Assembly: GCA_015680685.1 (NCBI GenBank)
Contig: MNCI01000273.1
Coordinates: forward strand, 462,851 to 526,850
DNA: 64,000 nucleotides
Direction: 5' to 3'
DNA from: Gnetum montanum
Taxonomy: Eukaryota > Plantae > Gnetophyta
This document shows, piece by piece, positions 1 through 13,440 of this stretch (the stretch's first letter is position 1; the number at the start of each line of letters is the position of its first letter). Both the position numbers and the translations under genes were made by a program. Below the pieces are notes generated by a model that saw only the letters and a list, made by a program, of their open reading frames with translations, searched no databases and had not been told where the DNA came from.

Positions 1-3000
1 TTAGTAGCCTAAAATCTATACACACCCTCCAATTTCCTTCCATTTTAGGCACGATTACCAAGGGGCTAACCCATTCGCTATCAGCAATGGGGTATATGAA
101 CCTAGCATTTAGAAGCTATTTGATTTCTTCTTTTACTACTTGCTTCAACTTTGGGTTCAATCTCCTTTGTGGTTGTTTTCGAGGATTCATGGAGGAGTCA
201 GTGTAAATCCTATGCTGGCATATCCTAGGATCTATTCCAATTAATTCTGGATATGACCAAGTGAAGGCCTTTGAGCACTTATTTATCACCTTTAACAGAC
301 TCTCATTTTGTTGCGGAGCAAGTCTCGCGTTGATGATTACCGGTTTTCCATTCTTAAGGAATGCATATTCCATATTGGTGGATAAGGTTTTAGCTCTAGG
401 GGCTCTTGTTTAAATTTTTTGGGAATTTTCAACTTCCCCCAGTTGATGTTTTCTAAGTTAGGACTAGGAAGTTGGTGGTGGACTTGCTCTAATGCATCAA
501 TGCTATCTATATAAGTGCAAGTCAATACCTCAGTTAGTTCCATGCATAGAAGTGAGCTGCTTTCTTGATCAACTAACAACCACTAGGTGTCTTCTTGTCT
601 CGTGGCTACTACATATAGGCACCTTTGTATGTTGATCGTTTGTGCACATTGATTGCATGCAAACAATGTTAAACTTTGCACAACCCATGATCTCTGTATG
701 CAATTGCACCCTGTGTCACTGTATGTGATGAATGGAACCTTCTTCTTCTCGATCTTTCCAAAAGTATTTTCCTTAGATATTTCTAGGGAAAGTTTGTGGA
801 GACCTAGGAACGCATCGATAGTGCTTAGCCATGCCCTTCCCATTTTTATTGGGAAGTTCCCCTTACTGTTATTCACTTGGATCACCAAGAAGTTAGTTGG
901 ATATGACCATCATCAAATAGTGGTAACAATGTCCTCCACTAATCCCAAGGGAACAGTGATGGACTAGTCAGCCAATTCTAAATAGACATTGCTCTTTTTT
1001 AATGGAGGCAGGTTCTAGGCCTTATACATTTCTTGGGATATTAGGTTGACATCAGAACCTGAATCTAAAAGAGCTTTACATGGCTCATTCCCAGTGATTT
1101 GTAGATATATTAGAGGACTCCCAGGATCAAAGAATTTCCTGGCAAGGTGGCCACCCTTGATCCAATCAGTGATGACATGTGTTAACATGAATGTATGCAT
1201 TCAATGTGGTGTTAAGTTTGAAAGGGGCTCTGAACCTTTATTTGATATAGAAGCATCCAAAGACTCAGCCACTTGGGGTTGCAAAGGCTTTTTTGGACTA
1301 TTGGTTTTGAAGAAAGTTCTCTTCTTTGTACAGTTTTCAGAACCAAAAGTAGGTTGAGGATTAACAACTCTTGTGGCATTGTGTTGCTGTGACTAAGCAG
1401 GGAGTTCACCTTGCATTACTAGAGTAGGTGGTAACGGAGCTACTGGTGGGAGAGACATAGCTGGATTGGAAGGATGGTATACTTGTGAAATGTTGCCCCT
1501 AGGAGAGGGAGACCTATAGTACTCGCGGGATTGGTAGTGATGTTCGGAAGTAACGTGACCAACAGAGTCACGTGGAGAAATTGGATGCTACACATAATAT
1601 CCATATGGGTCAGGTTGTCTTGGTGGTGGCATTCCCCATGATTGCGAGTATTGCCACTGTTGATGTTGCTCAATTGTTTGTGGTGAAGTTCCACTTGGAT
1701 AATATGTTAAAGGTTGGTGGAACTGCCTTGGGTTACCTTAGGGATAAGGTAACCACTGGGATGTTTGCCATTTTTTTAAATGTGAATTAAGTGCATACAC
1801 CCCAGACTCCTGCAGATATGAGATCACAGGACAACATCCCTTAGGATGGTTGTATTGATATATCTTGCATCCACTATCATCGTCTATATCTGAGTCCACA
1901 ACTTCTTCAATAATAGCAACTTTTCCCTTACCCTTGTTATGTGCATTTTCTACTTCCCTCTTTTTCCTGTTGTCAAGATCACTACCTCGCTTCCTAGACT
2001 CCTCTACTATTTTGAGAATAGTTTGAAACCTACTATCCAGGGAGTTCCACATTTAGTCTACGTTTGCTGATACTTTTGATGCTACCTTTTGAATAGGTCA
2101 GGTTTTCCTATTCACCATCTCTTTGAGTGGTGACTCTTCCTCATCCTCACAAAATCTTACTACCTTCTTTCAGAGGGAAGGATCTCGATTGTATTCTTCC
2201 ACTATCTTTTTGTAGCTCACCTTCTTCCTTAGCTACTTTATGCAATAGCTTATGAATTTGATGGGACCTAAGCTCTGATAGCCTCCCTTGGGCATAAGTC
2301 CCAAGGGTTCTTCTCGTTTCCTGCCTAATCCCATCTATGAGATGGTGTAGTTGATCCTACTATGAATAACCATGGACAAGACAACCATGTAAAAGTGCAT
2401 AATAGTGGCCCATGGTAGCATCCAAGGGTTCATGACCTCCTTGTTTCCATCTTTGGATTTTCTTTCGTAAGTTAGATACTTGGGAGTACATTTGGTACTT
2501 ATCGTTGAACAATTCTAATATCGTAATCCACCTATGAATGGATTCTAGTTCTAAAGACCAGTACCAGCTTTTAGCTTCTTTTATTTGCATCATGAAATTC
2601 TTGTAAGTGATTTTGAGGATCAACGTTATATCCCCCTTCAAATCATGGGATGTTATTCATGTCTAACCTCTTAATCATACTATCTTTTTAGTGCCTTGTT
2701 GGAACTCTCATATCCTCAATAATATCTAGCATGCTCCACGTGGCGAGTAGGAGTTCATCTTTATCATCTTGTTCATAGCGTCTATGGTGCCTACGCAATT
2801 CCCTACTCTCCCTTCTTCTATGGCGTGATTCCCTAGAGTGTCCTCATCCTCTATCTTGGTTGTCTCATCTATGACTTCCACTTTGTTTGCCCTTATCCTC
2901 TCAATCTGTTTCTCTATGGCTATGTCTAGACATAGAAGGAGAGGATGAAGGAGATAATGAAGGTGAAGAAGAAGGAGAACTACCCCCATGACAATGTCTA

Positions 3001-3150
3001 CTTCCTTCTCTTCGATGGTCTCTACCTCGATTGTGATTGCGATCTGAATGCCCATCTTTGTCATGGATCTTTGTTCCTTTTTCGGACACTTTGTGTCCAT
3101 TTGTATCAGAACCTATGTTGTGAATCATGGAATGAAGGTTCTGATACACA
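1..3150 (-). pseudogene. Degenerate gag-protease-RT of element A
   Basis: Gag core 'KSWYWSLELESIHRWITILELFNDKY' (2360-2641), CX2CX3HX4C-type knuckle 'CKIYQYNHPKGCC' (~1830-1870), protease ~790-1110, RT start 1-370. Multiple stops and frameshifts. Confidence 0.88.
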
Positions 3151-3727
3151 ACCCCTTGGCCAAAGTCAAGGAGACAAACATCGTTTTGTGGGTGACTACC
3201 TGAGGCAAGTTCATTACCCTCAATTTTGCTTAAAATGTGGGGGCAGCCTCAGACCATTTTCCCTTTAAGGACTTATGTTGTCTCTCTTGTTGCAAATCCC
3301 TTTGACATTGTGCTTCTATGGGACGGTAGTCTCTTGAATCATAGTTCTATGCAATGTACTCTACATGTAAATGTTGCGTGCCTATTCATGTGAGAGCATG
3401 AAGAAGCATACTTGGAACTAAAGGGTCAAGAGGTAACACTATGTTACCTTCCAAGTCACATCCACACAGCTGTTTGTCTTGGTGAAGTCGAGTACATATT
3501 CATCGGGATGAACATATACCACATGAACCTGTTGAGGAATTGGCGGATCAATGTCATGTGTATCTTATTACCAATTGCTTCTTATGTTAGCCCTAGGCAG
3601 TGAAGTGCTTTTGTGTGAAGAAGAAGACATTTTATCTTGTTTAGTGTGTAGGGTATTATTATCTTTTTCTTAATCAACCCTAAGGGTTTGTTCCAATGAT
3701 GTAAATGATAGTGCACAAACAACTAAG

Positions 3728-3746
3728 TCCTTGGAAACATCACCAA
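3728..3746 (-). promoter_or_regulatory. Degenerate primer-binding site, tRNA-Asp type
   Basis: Minus strand TGGTGATGTTTCCAAGGA directly after the LTR, versus the Athila-type PBS TGGCGCCGTTGCCGGGGA. Most differences are C>T or G>A. Confidence 0.6.
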
Positions 3747-3748
3747 TT

Positions 3749-4554
3749 ATGAGCAGTGAGGTATCACTATGCTCAACCATACGAATACAAGCATTTCACG
3801 CAAGATTCGATCGAATTCCAAGGACTAAGTGCCTATGCACCTATGTGGAACAATAATGGGTTGATTAATCATTGTCTTCCCAAACTTACTTGTATGTCAT
3901 AGTTGTATGGTTAAGTAAGCTTGAGGCATATGATTTTTATGGCTTTTATGTGTTTTATATCTTGCACTGATAAGGAGGGGGGAGAGAAATAACTAAGTAA
4001 CTAATCTAATTTAACTATTCATTAACTAAGTTCTAAGTACTCCTAACACTAGTATCCATTTCCACTTGTCGTACACATCCTAAACTAGTGCAACACTGCT
4101 GGGATTACCGAACACTAATCGTTACTGGGTTACCAAGGACTACACACATGCTCAAAGCAGCCGTACTGAGTGTATTTAACTAAGAGAGTTCTAAGGTGAG
4201 ACAAATCATTAATTAACTAGGGAAGAATTAAATAATAATTAACACTAATTAATCTATTTTGTATGCTACAAGGTTTATCATAAAGTTCATCTTTATTGTT
4301 GTACACAAAGTGTGCTCAGGTACACAATGCTCGATTAAAGATCCGTTCACTCTATGAATCCTACTGCAGGCACACAAAAATAATTATAACTCTGGAGGGA
4401 AAAAATGGGAAGCATTTGACTAAGGGACTAACTTCTAACTGTGGAAACCAAGGGCACCACCTCTTATTTATAGGCAAGGAGATGGGCTGCGATATCGGGT
4501 ATCCAATATCGCATGGTTGATCCAATATCGCGGATGCCATATCACGATTCATCA
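3749..4554 (-). repeat. 5' LTR of element A (~0.8 kb)
   Basis: Minus-strand start TGATGAATCG and TATA-like TATAAATA (plus TATTTATA ~4465). Aligns by eye to solo LTR 39387-39899 and to the B LTRs. Confidence 0.85.
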
Positions 4555-5845
4555 TCTAGAATCTAGTAGAGCCTTGTAGGGTTTATGTTCTACTTTTTTG
4601 AGGCATATTATGGGACTTTTGGAATTTGTTCTTTTCCTGGGAAGTATTCCTACTTTAATCTAGTGTGTTACAATTTGGGTGAGCATGTTAGTGGTCAATT
4701 TTGGATCTGTAGAATGTGGAAGCATAGTGTTCCCTTGAGAAGTATGTGTAGATGGGGTGGATGTAGGTGAAGTTCCCATCCTTTGAATATTTTTAGGACT
4801 TGTTCTAAAAGTACACATTTCTTGGATCTAGGTTCATTTACCCTCGCATCCTCTTATGTATTAGATGCCCTAGTAGCACTCTTTTGTTGCAGTTGTGTTG
4901 GCAATTCCCCTTGCATAACCAATGGCCATACTAGTGGTAGAGAGTTTAGAGTTTGGATTAATGAACTAGTTGTTGGTTAGTGTACATAATAATTTGGATC
5001 TATTTATGAAGTAGTGGGCCTATGATATTCCAGTGGATAGTACTGAGAACAGGTGTCAACTGAAGCATTCCTGGGAGAGATTGGATGTTGAACATAATAT
5101 CCATAAAGATATGATTGCTAATATGAATAATTCTACCTTTTTGGTGGCATCCTTGACACTTGTGGTTGTTGCCACTATTACTGGTATTGTTCCTATAGTT
5201 GAAGATAAGCTCCACTTAGATAATGTGATGGTTGATATAGTTGTCAAAAATTTCTTTGTGGTTAAGATAATCATCTTTGTATCTATTTCTTAATAAATTT
5301 TGAATTATGTGTGTATGCCTCAAACTCTTGCAAATGGTTCATAACAGGACAACATCCATTAGGATGTTCATATTAGCACACTTTACATCCTTCATTGTCT
5401 TCCAAATTGGAGCCTATTAATTTTTCAACTAGCAGCAACTTTTCCTTTATTTCTATAGTTTTCTCGTCCATTGTCTCTTTTTTTTTCTTTTTTTCTTTTT
5501 TTTAGGGCATTTTTAGTCTTCTCCTCTACCATCTTGAGTGAAGTAGCAAATTTTTCATCCATGGAATCCCATATCTTCCCTATCTTAGTCGCAATGTCAT
5601 TAATTGATTCTTGGATGACTAGAGTCTTTCTTTGGATTATAGCCTCCAAAGTTTCTTCTTCTTATCTTTCACATATCCTCCTAACCCTTTTTCTAATTGT
5701 AGAATCTCAATTATACTCTTCAGCTACTTATCTTTTCTTTAATTCTCCTTCCTCTTTTACCACCTGGATTATCAATCTTTGGATTTGATGGGCTATCATT
5801 TTTCATAACCTACCTTGGGCATATACCCTAAGAATTCCTCATATC
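4555..5845 (-). pseudogene. Gag-protease fragment of a second, older Athila-like element C, interrupted by element A
   Basis: Minus translation next to the LTR reads 'PKSPIICLKKVEHKPYKALLDSR'. ORF 5425-5649 'KIGKIWDSMDEKFATSLKMVEE' parallels A/B 'KLWDSLDENFQNSIKIFEE'. Knuckle 'CKVC*YEHPNGCCP'. Confidence 0.85.
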
Positions 5846-5849
5846 CCAC

Positions 5850-8800
5850 ATACAAGTCCACTATATATGCCAATTTTTCATATCCATCTATATCAAAATA
5901 AATTTCCATTTCTTTCAAGAAAAAAAATAATGAAACCTAATACATATCTCTAGAATCTGAAAATAGATGTTTCTTTTGGACATTTCACTTCTTGTTTCTA
6001 AAATTAAATATAATAATAAAATATCCCTTCTACAGGTCCACTAGATATGTCGCTCCTACACATCCATCAAGAACAAATTTCCACTTCTTACATTAAAGAA
6101 AAGAAAGTTAGCAAACATTAAGAGCTTATGCAAACGCATCATAGTTTGGAAGAGCAAGAGAATGTGTTGAATTATGAGGGGCAGCAAAGACTAAGGGATT
6201 GAAGAAGAGAGATATACAAAATTGGAGATCATATCAAATTGGGAAGATTAGAATAAGAGAATGCTTAACAACACATGTATTAGGAAGAACTAAGAGACTT
6301 TCATAAGAAAAACATAATCATGGGAGATCATGCCCTAAGATAAGTCCTGATAGAGTAAGGGGTTGTAGTCAAGGACATGACGATGGAACTATGAATTAGA
6401 TTTTAAAAAAATAGACCATATTATCTCTTGATGCTATTGCTTCTAATCATGGGATTCAGATAGAAGGGATTCGACCTCAACAACAAAATACTAGAAAAAT
6501 AGGACTTGCATGTGGATGTGAAAAAGGTCAAGATCTTGAAAACTGGCTTCATAGTAACTCCTATTATTATTAGTCTTTATATTGGTTTTTTTTAATGGTA
6601 AAAATATTCTATTTATTCTACATTAAAAAATCTTTTGTAGAGTATACATGAGCATGGGTATGGGTGTTGGTGTGGTTGGGGTCATGGTTTTAAAAGTAAG
6701 TATTATTTAGTTGATAACTTGATTATTTTAACTCATAATCATGTCCTTCCTAGTGGTGATACCATATAAGTTCTTTCAACTAAAGAAGGTAATGACCCAT
6801 AAAGAGGAAGTGGACATGGACATGGACATGGGCATGGCTAGATTTTTGGATGTAAATGAGACCTTGGTTTTGGATTTGAAGCTAATCAAATGGAATACAT
6901 TATTATGTCTTAGGATCAAATAGACAGTCACACAAAACAAGAACATGAACTAGCTCACAATAGTAAGTGACATTAAGAAGAATGAAATAGACAAGATCTT
7001 GAGGCAAAAGTTCTGAATAGAATCATAAGAGAAGATAAGGAACAAGCATAGAAAAGATCTCATGTGTAACAAGAACAAAAAAATCTTATTGCGAATCAAT
7101 TATAAACAAATTCTCAAATTACTGTCAATCAAACATCTTATCCTAACTTTCATAAGTTAAATACAAAGATACTATAAGTTATCATGATATTCTCATAATA
7201 GGTTCAATGTTTTATTGCTCCATGATTTTTTGATATCTATAATAAAATTTAAATGGATATTAAAATGGAAATTGGTGGGCCAAGTCCAATGTGTAATAGA
7301 TGTAAGAAAAAAATAATAGAAATCCTAAATCAATTTGGTAAAGAGAAAAATATTTCTTTGCACATAATAATATGGATTTAGAACAACAATCATTAGTATT
7401 ATTTCAACTATCCTAAGTTTAGGAAATGCTTATTATAAGAATTAATCCTATATTACAAGTTATGCATGCTTTAGGAGGTCAATTTAAGTACCAAGGACAT
7501 AACATTATAAGATGTATTTGAAATTGCAAAAAGACTTCCTATGAGGATTTTTGAGATTATACTACTTATATTGGTAACAATAGATCAAATAAAAAATTAA
7601 TTACAACTTCATTATAAATAAAATAATGTGTGTATGATGTTTTAATGTATAAAGTAGAAAATGATCCTTATGATCAAGATATTGAAATAGATATACATGC
7701 CTTGGGTAAGAATACCGACGATGGGGGTGTAAATGTCTTTATGAAGATCCCTTTCATTGCATTATCTAAATAATATGGAGAGGTGAGATTACCAGTTGAT
7801 GATCCAATGATTGACTTAATTAAAGATGAAGCAAAACCTATTGATGAACATACATCATCAATTGCATCTGAACCACTAATGTTAGTAAAATAGCTCAATT
7901 TAATAAAAGAATTTTTATAGAATCTAAATATGGAATGTTTAGATACTGCACAATGGACTTCACTATTTGATTCATCAATCAATGAATTCAAGAAAATTGG
8001 TATTCTTCCAATGTCATTTCCTACTCTATTTTCATATAGTAAAAGTATCTTCCTTACAAGAAGAGTTAAGGATGTCAAGCTACTTGAATAAGCAAAGCAT
8101 CTAATCTAATATAAGATAGTAGATTAAGTCACTACAAAATATTCAAGTATAACAAGTATTACATTTTCATTCTTAATATTATATCAGTTTTGTGAATCTA
8201 TGTTAATTATTTATTCACTATTTTTTATAGGTACTACATTTACAACATGATAATAAGACACTATGTACTAAAATCAACAATAATATTCTTCAAAAAGAAT
8301 ATTATCAAAGTATCTTTAACTATACAAGAGTTTAAAAAATAACAACAAAATGCTCCTAAGGATAACTTTTTTTAATAAATTTATGACATTTGATATCATT
8401 ATACAAGGAACCCCTTCAAACTGGAAAAAATGTAGAGTACAATTATTTAATTTGGTAAATGAGTTAGGTTTTTCAATAGTATTCTTCACTTTAAGTGTAG
8501 TTTATTTATAATGGCCAAAATTTCATAAGCTAATGACTAGAGGAGTTCCATAAAATCCATTTGAAGCAAAGCATTGAAGAATAAATACTATTATAGAAAA
8601 TTAGCATATAGCTACTTAGTTCATGCATCTTTGACATTAAGCATTTAGATAGATGGTATTATTACTAGAATTTCATGTGGTTAACTACTAGACTAGATAT
8701 GAATGATAGCATCATGGATCACCACATGTCCATGGTTTTCTCTAGATACTAGAGCCTTGAATATAGATGATGTTGATTGGAATAATCTAGTAGAAGTAAG

Positions 8801-8961
8801 GATAAAAAGAGATTTTTTAAAAAATTTTATAATAAATGCTTGGAAATTCAAATATACATAAGATGATAGAGAAAATGATGTAAGTTTTAACATGCAATTA
8901 GTGATTATGGCTTTGCATTATTTAATATAATTAGCATAGCGTTGTACTATAATATTACTAG
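5850..8961 (+). mobile_element. Helitron remnant (DUF6570-like + Rep/HUH region, helicase absent)
   Basis: Degenerate motifs in the expected order: 'EMLIIRINPILQVMHALGGQFKYQGH' (~7420-7500), 'MSFPTLFSYSKS' (~8010-8047), 'FFTLSVVYL*WPKF' (~8480-8523), 'RYE**HHGSPHVHGFL*' (~8695-8745; ancestral EWQHRGSPHVHG). Candidate 3' hairpin + CTAG at 8932-8961. Left boundary uncertain. Confidence 0.8.
8932..8961 (+). terminator. Candidate Helitron 3' end (decayed 18-bp palindrome, 8-nt spacer, CTAG)
   Basis: TAGCATAGCGTTGTACTA differs from its reverse complement only by transitions and is followed by TAATATTA-CTAG. The next base is C rather than the expected T. Confidence 0.5.
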
Positions 8962-9411
8962 CATCTACAATATTCTTATATCTTTATCAATTTTTTAATA
9001 ATTTTAAGGATATAACATCCTAAGGCAGTCATGTTTGGTTAATAGTAACCAACTTCATTAAATGGTTTTACACATGGATTATGACTAGCTTAGTTATATA
9101 TTTATAATATATATCTATAAATTGGCTGAGAGAATCTTATTAGTTTACAAGTAAAAACTTCTTTGAATAAAAAAAATTTCATGACTTCTGGATGAAGAAC
9201 AAGATTTAAAAACCCAGATTTTCATGCCTTCTAGACGAAGAATAAGAGTTCTGTATCTTATTTTTCCTAAGGATGGGTTTTTTGAAAAAAAAATTCCATC
9301 AATTAGTGTATGCTCTCATCCTCCTCCTCCTCCTGCTCCGTGCACTATTTTCACGTTGTATCACCGGGCATGATCTGTATTTCTATTTTGCAAAAGATGT
9401 AACCTTTCATA

Positions 9412-9625
9412 ACACGTCAGTGTTATGCACAAAGTTGCATTACCGAAACGGCCTGTCTAGAATTTTAGTTACACGTTAGCATTATGCACAAAGTTGCATT
9501 ACCGAAATGGCTTGTCTAGAATTTAGTTACACGTCAACATTATGCACAAAGTTGCATTACTGAAATGGCCTGTGGGAAAGTCAACGTGAGTCAGCGTTAC
9601 GTACAAAATTAGCATTACTGAATTA
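9412..9625. repeat. Tandem repeat, ~59-bp unit, about 3.5 copies
   Basis: Unit ACACGTYAGYRTTATGCACAAAGTTGCATTACCGAAAYGGCCTGTCTAGAATTTAGTT starts at ~9412, 9471 and 9529, with a degenerate fourth copy ~9590. Confidence 0.9.
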
Positions 9626-9899
9626 TGACTAGTAATGGTCTCTCGGCCAAATGAAATATTAAATGTTGTTAAAATACATACAACATGTAGAAGAGGTGCA
9701 TGCTTGGTAGATGAAATGGAATTGAAGTTTGCAAGTACTTGCTATATTTAAAATATTTTCTTATTTATTTTTTTCAAATGATATTTTTACTTTTGAATTT
9801 AATATATTTTCTATTCTAAGACTATAACATTGCCTAAACTACCAATCCATTTTTCCACAAAAAAAAATACAAAAGTGGCATTGTTTTTTGGAGGGAACC

Positions 9900-12800
9900 T
9901 ACAAAAAATGCATAAACAAGACTAGAACAAAATTTATAACTTGGCATAGATGAATACCAAAATCAAAGAAACACCAAAACCTCATAAAATGGGCCTAGAT
10001 TTAGCATAGGAATTTTACAAAATTCAATTTTACTCAACACCCAAGCCTATAAAAGTAAAAATGCCTAGGATTTTAGTAAAGTTTCACATGAAATGGCCAA
10101 GAGTGGTGTACTTGGGAGTCATTGAGGATGGTCCTTCATTAATCAAAGGTCAAGGCAAGGTAGAGAGCCCTCTTGTAGCTACAAAAACCTCCTCCAAGGC
10201 TAGATTCTTGCTGCTAGAAGCCCTCCTCTTAGACATTTTGAATGAACAAGGTAGGAAACACCAAAATCTTCAAGCTTTAGAAGGTCCTCTAGTAACTGTG
10301 CTTACTACTTGGTGTAGGATAGCTAAGCTATGCTAGAAATAGGTGTAATTAAATTCAATAACAAGATGAAAGCTTTGGTGCTATGCCTAAAGGTTGAAGT
10401 TGGTGTGATGAGTTTGCAAAATTGTAATGTGGGAATCAATCCCAAACTTATGCATTGACCACCAAAACCCTAATTTTCCAAAACACTCACACAAGTTCCA
10501 CATAACTCAATGATCACAATTTGAAAGTGGGACTATGCTAGGTTAGTGGAAAATTAGTTGGTTCAACAATTCAAATTTGAGATGGGTCCCACTAGGTGCC
10601 TCTCTAACAAGCCACTAAAACTCCTAACCCACTTGGATTTAAGCTTCTCCATGACAATGTTTCTAGGGTTTAAGCCTCTAAAATCCTTGGAATGGGTTCT
10701 AAAACCTAACCATTACAAAAAGCTACCTCTTAGTTTTCCATATATGCATATTTGAATCCAAAAAGTCTTATGGCCAAAATTGGTAATCAGTTGTTGGCAT
10801 GGAAGGATATTGGACACTGTGGAAAGCAAATATTCACATTATAACTAGTTATTTTGGGAAACTAGACTGACTAGGAGCCTAACTAAGCTAGCCAATGTAG
10901 TCCTAAAAGGGATGATGCCTTCCACCATTGATCAAGCTCCCAATCGACACCAGAATGGCCATACCACAACTCAAACCCTAGCCAAGATCCTATGGAAACT
11001 CTAGAACTTGAAAAAACTAGTCAAAAAACTATCAAAATCATCCATCTTGCACCAAATCCACTGAAGCTTATTCCCAACTACGATAACCAATGTAGTCCCA
11101 GCATAGTTAACAAGAATACAATCACTAAATGTCCTAAGTGACCTTTGAATTGACATTTCTTGACCATTACATCCTCCTAGCATCTTTGGTGGTCTTGAAA
11201 TGACAAACCACTGATTAAAAATAAGCCAAATCCTACCCCAACTTTGGTACTATGCTGGAAATGGCCTCAACTATGCTAGCTAGTGTAGTCCCAGTGTGGT
11301 TGGAGAGGGGATGAAAACCAAAAGAAAAATATTACCTTTAGGATGACATACATTGAACTCCATACCTCTTCAAAGTCTCTGGTAAGGCTACAATGTAGAA
11401 TAACAAAAAAAATGAGATAAACCCTACTCCCATCTTAGCACTATGCTAGGGATGACCCTAACTATGCTAGCCAGTGCAGTCCTAGTGTAGTTGGATGAGG
11501 GTGGATAAACAAAAGCAATAAATAGCCTTCAGATCCATGTATCTTGGCCTTTACACCTTACTAGGACTCTTGATGACTATAAACTAACACACAGTGGTAC
11601 CAAAGTTAGTTGAAACATACCTGAGACTTCAAACTATATTGGGAAAGCCTAGGACTATGCTAACAGCCACAACAGTCGATGGTTGTTAGCCCTACTACTA
11701 GGCTGCAAATCATTTTTTTAAACATTTTTCCAAGGATGGGGTTCTTGGTTCAACATCTAGCCCATATCATTTATTTACTTTATTATTTTATTATTTTTTA
11801 AATGGCACAATTACTGAGAAACATGATATCTCATAAACCATAAGTTGGATTTTGATGAAATTGGTGCCATTGGAATCAACTCAGAGAGCACTATGTTTCA
11901 ATGCATGATAATGCTAGTTTACTTAACCTATTAATTAGAAAATTTAGAAAAGTAATTGTTAGTTAAAACTAATTAACAATTAATTATATGTTAACATAAT
12001 TGTACCTAGACTTTTCTTAAGTTAGTTGCACCTTCAATAGTTTCTATGGTTACTAATTTTTTCTTATAAATTCATGGAAATGGATTATTTTTTACCAAAA
12101 TCAACCTTTTTTCATAGAAACTACAAAGAGATTTCTTGGCATAACAAGTTGTGGCATGGCTCCTTGAAAGCATCATGGTCAAGCTTCTCCTACTTCCTTA
12201 GGTAGCTTTGCATTTATTTCTTTTGATTTACATCAAAATAATGTAGTTGAGGCTACCGATATAGTTCATAGTTTGTTAGATGTTATGAGTTTTGAGTATC
12301 TAAAAATTTCTAGATTATCAAAGTTGCTAGCTTTTTCCATTTTTAAGACTATTTAATGCAAGGACCTTATAATAGACTAGTGTAGTATCTACCATATCTA
12401 GGAAAGTTCTCTTTCTAAAATTATTTTTGAAATTCTAGTCGTTACTCTTAATACTATATGAGCTATTTTGGGTTTTCATACTAGGAAAGATCCCTTTGAA
12501 CCTAGTGTGCAATTAGTTTAATTTAAGGATTTTTATGAAAAGAAAATGTTTGATTATATTTCTCATTCCACTCTTATTTAGAAGGATTTTTATGAAGTTG
12601 ATTTTAATAAAAATATTGATTTTCAAGTATGTCTATTTATAAATACAAAGGTTTTATGGAATTCTCAATCTTTCCATGTTACTTCCTATGTAATCTACCT
12701 TCTTCATGGTGCTAAAAGTGGTAGGGTGTTTGATTTGTCTTTGTCTTATTTTTCTACCTTATTCCTTTCCATGGAGCTCATAATGGTCACTAAGAGAAGT

Positions 12801-13440
12801 CCTACAAAACCTTATACTATCTACTATGTGCCCTTAATGATGACCTTAATTTTAAGTTATGATTCTTTGATAAATAGCCTTCATCAGTAAAATCCTCATC
12901 TATACCTTCAGTTCCTTGAAAAATAAAACCATGCTAAAGAGTGCTTGTGATAATGGGATAAGGCTATGATGAGGTGATAAAAGTTGTTGGTTGCATTCAA
13001 TCATCAAGAAATGGTCATGAAGGTTAATAATGAGTTCCATAGGTTGAAATCATGGCTACGATAAGGCATTGACATGTTGAATTATCAATAAAGCCTTTGC
13101 ACTTCATGCTTTGAAGTGTTGATCACTTAGTAATGTTTTTGAGGAACCAACACCTCACTCTAAGGTTTATTTGGCTATTAGGCTCCTCCCTTTGCTTGTT
13201 TGAAGTCACCGGTTTGTCTTTTTTTCTTTGTTTGTCATTTGGCTTCTTGACAATTTTCTTTTCTATTTTTTATTTTTTATTTTATTTTTTTGGGAATGAA
13301 ACCTTCATTTTGTTTCATTGCGAAGGCCAAGTTTGATTTGATTTTCCTATTGAATGAGATGTGTTACATTCAATGGACTTGATGGTGAGCATGATGAAGG
13401 AGATACCAAATTGTTAGAATGCAAGAGTGTCAAGCATAGA
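9900..13440 (-). mobile_element. Unclassified old retroelement internal region (left part; continues at 25889-27560)
   Basis: CG/CHG-depleted. Internal ~180-bp direct repeats (11230-11600). Minus-strand basic ORF start 'MSKRRASSSKNL' near 10236. Sequence reads through across element B's TSD. Confidence 0.4.

Larger units (their letters stand above)
1..4554 (-). mobile_element. Athila-like Ty3/Gypsy LTR retrotransposon A, 5' part (5' LTR, gag, protease, start of RT; continues off the left edge)
   Basis: Minus-strand ORF fragments show protease 'PGSPLIYLQITGNEPCKALLDSGSDVNLI' and RT N-terminus 'FTWSYPELIGIDPRICQHRI...KQPQRRLNP'. Colinear with element B (13441-25888). LTR begins TGATGA at 4554 on the minus strand. 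Confidence 0.92.
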
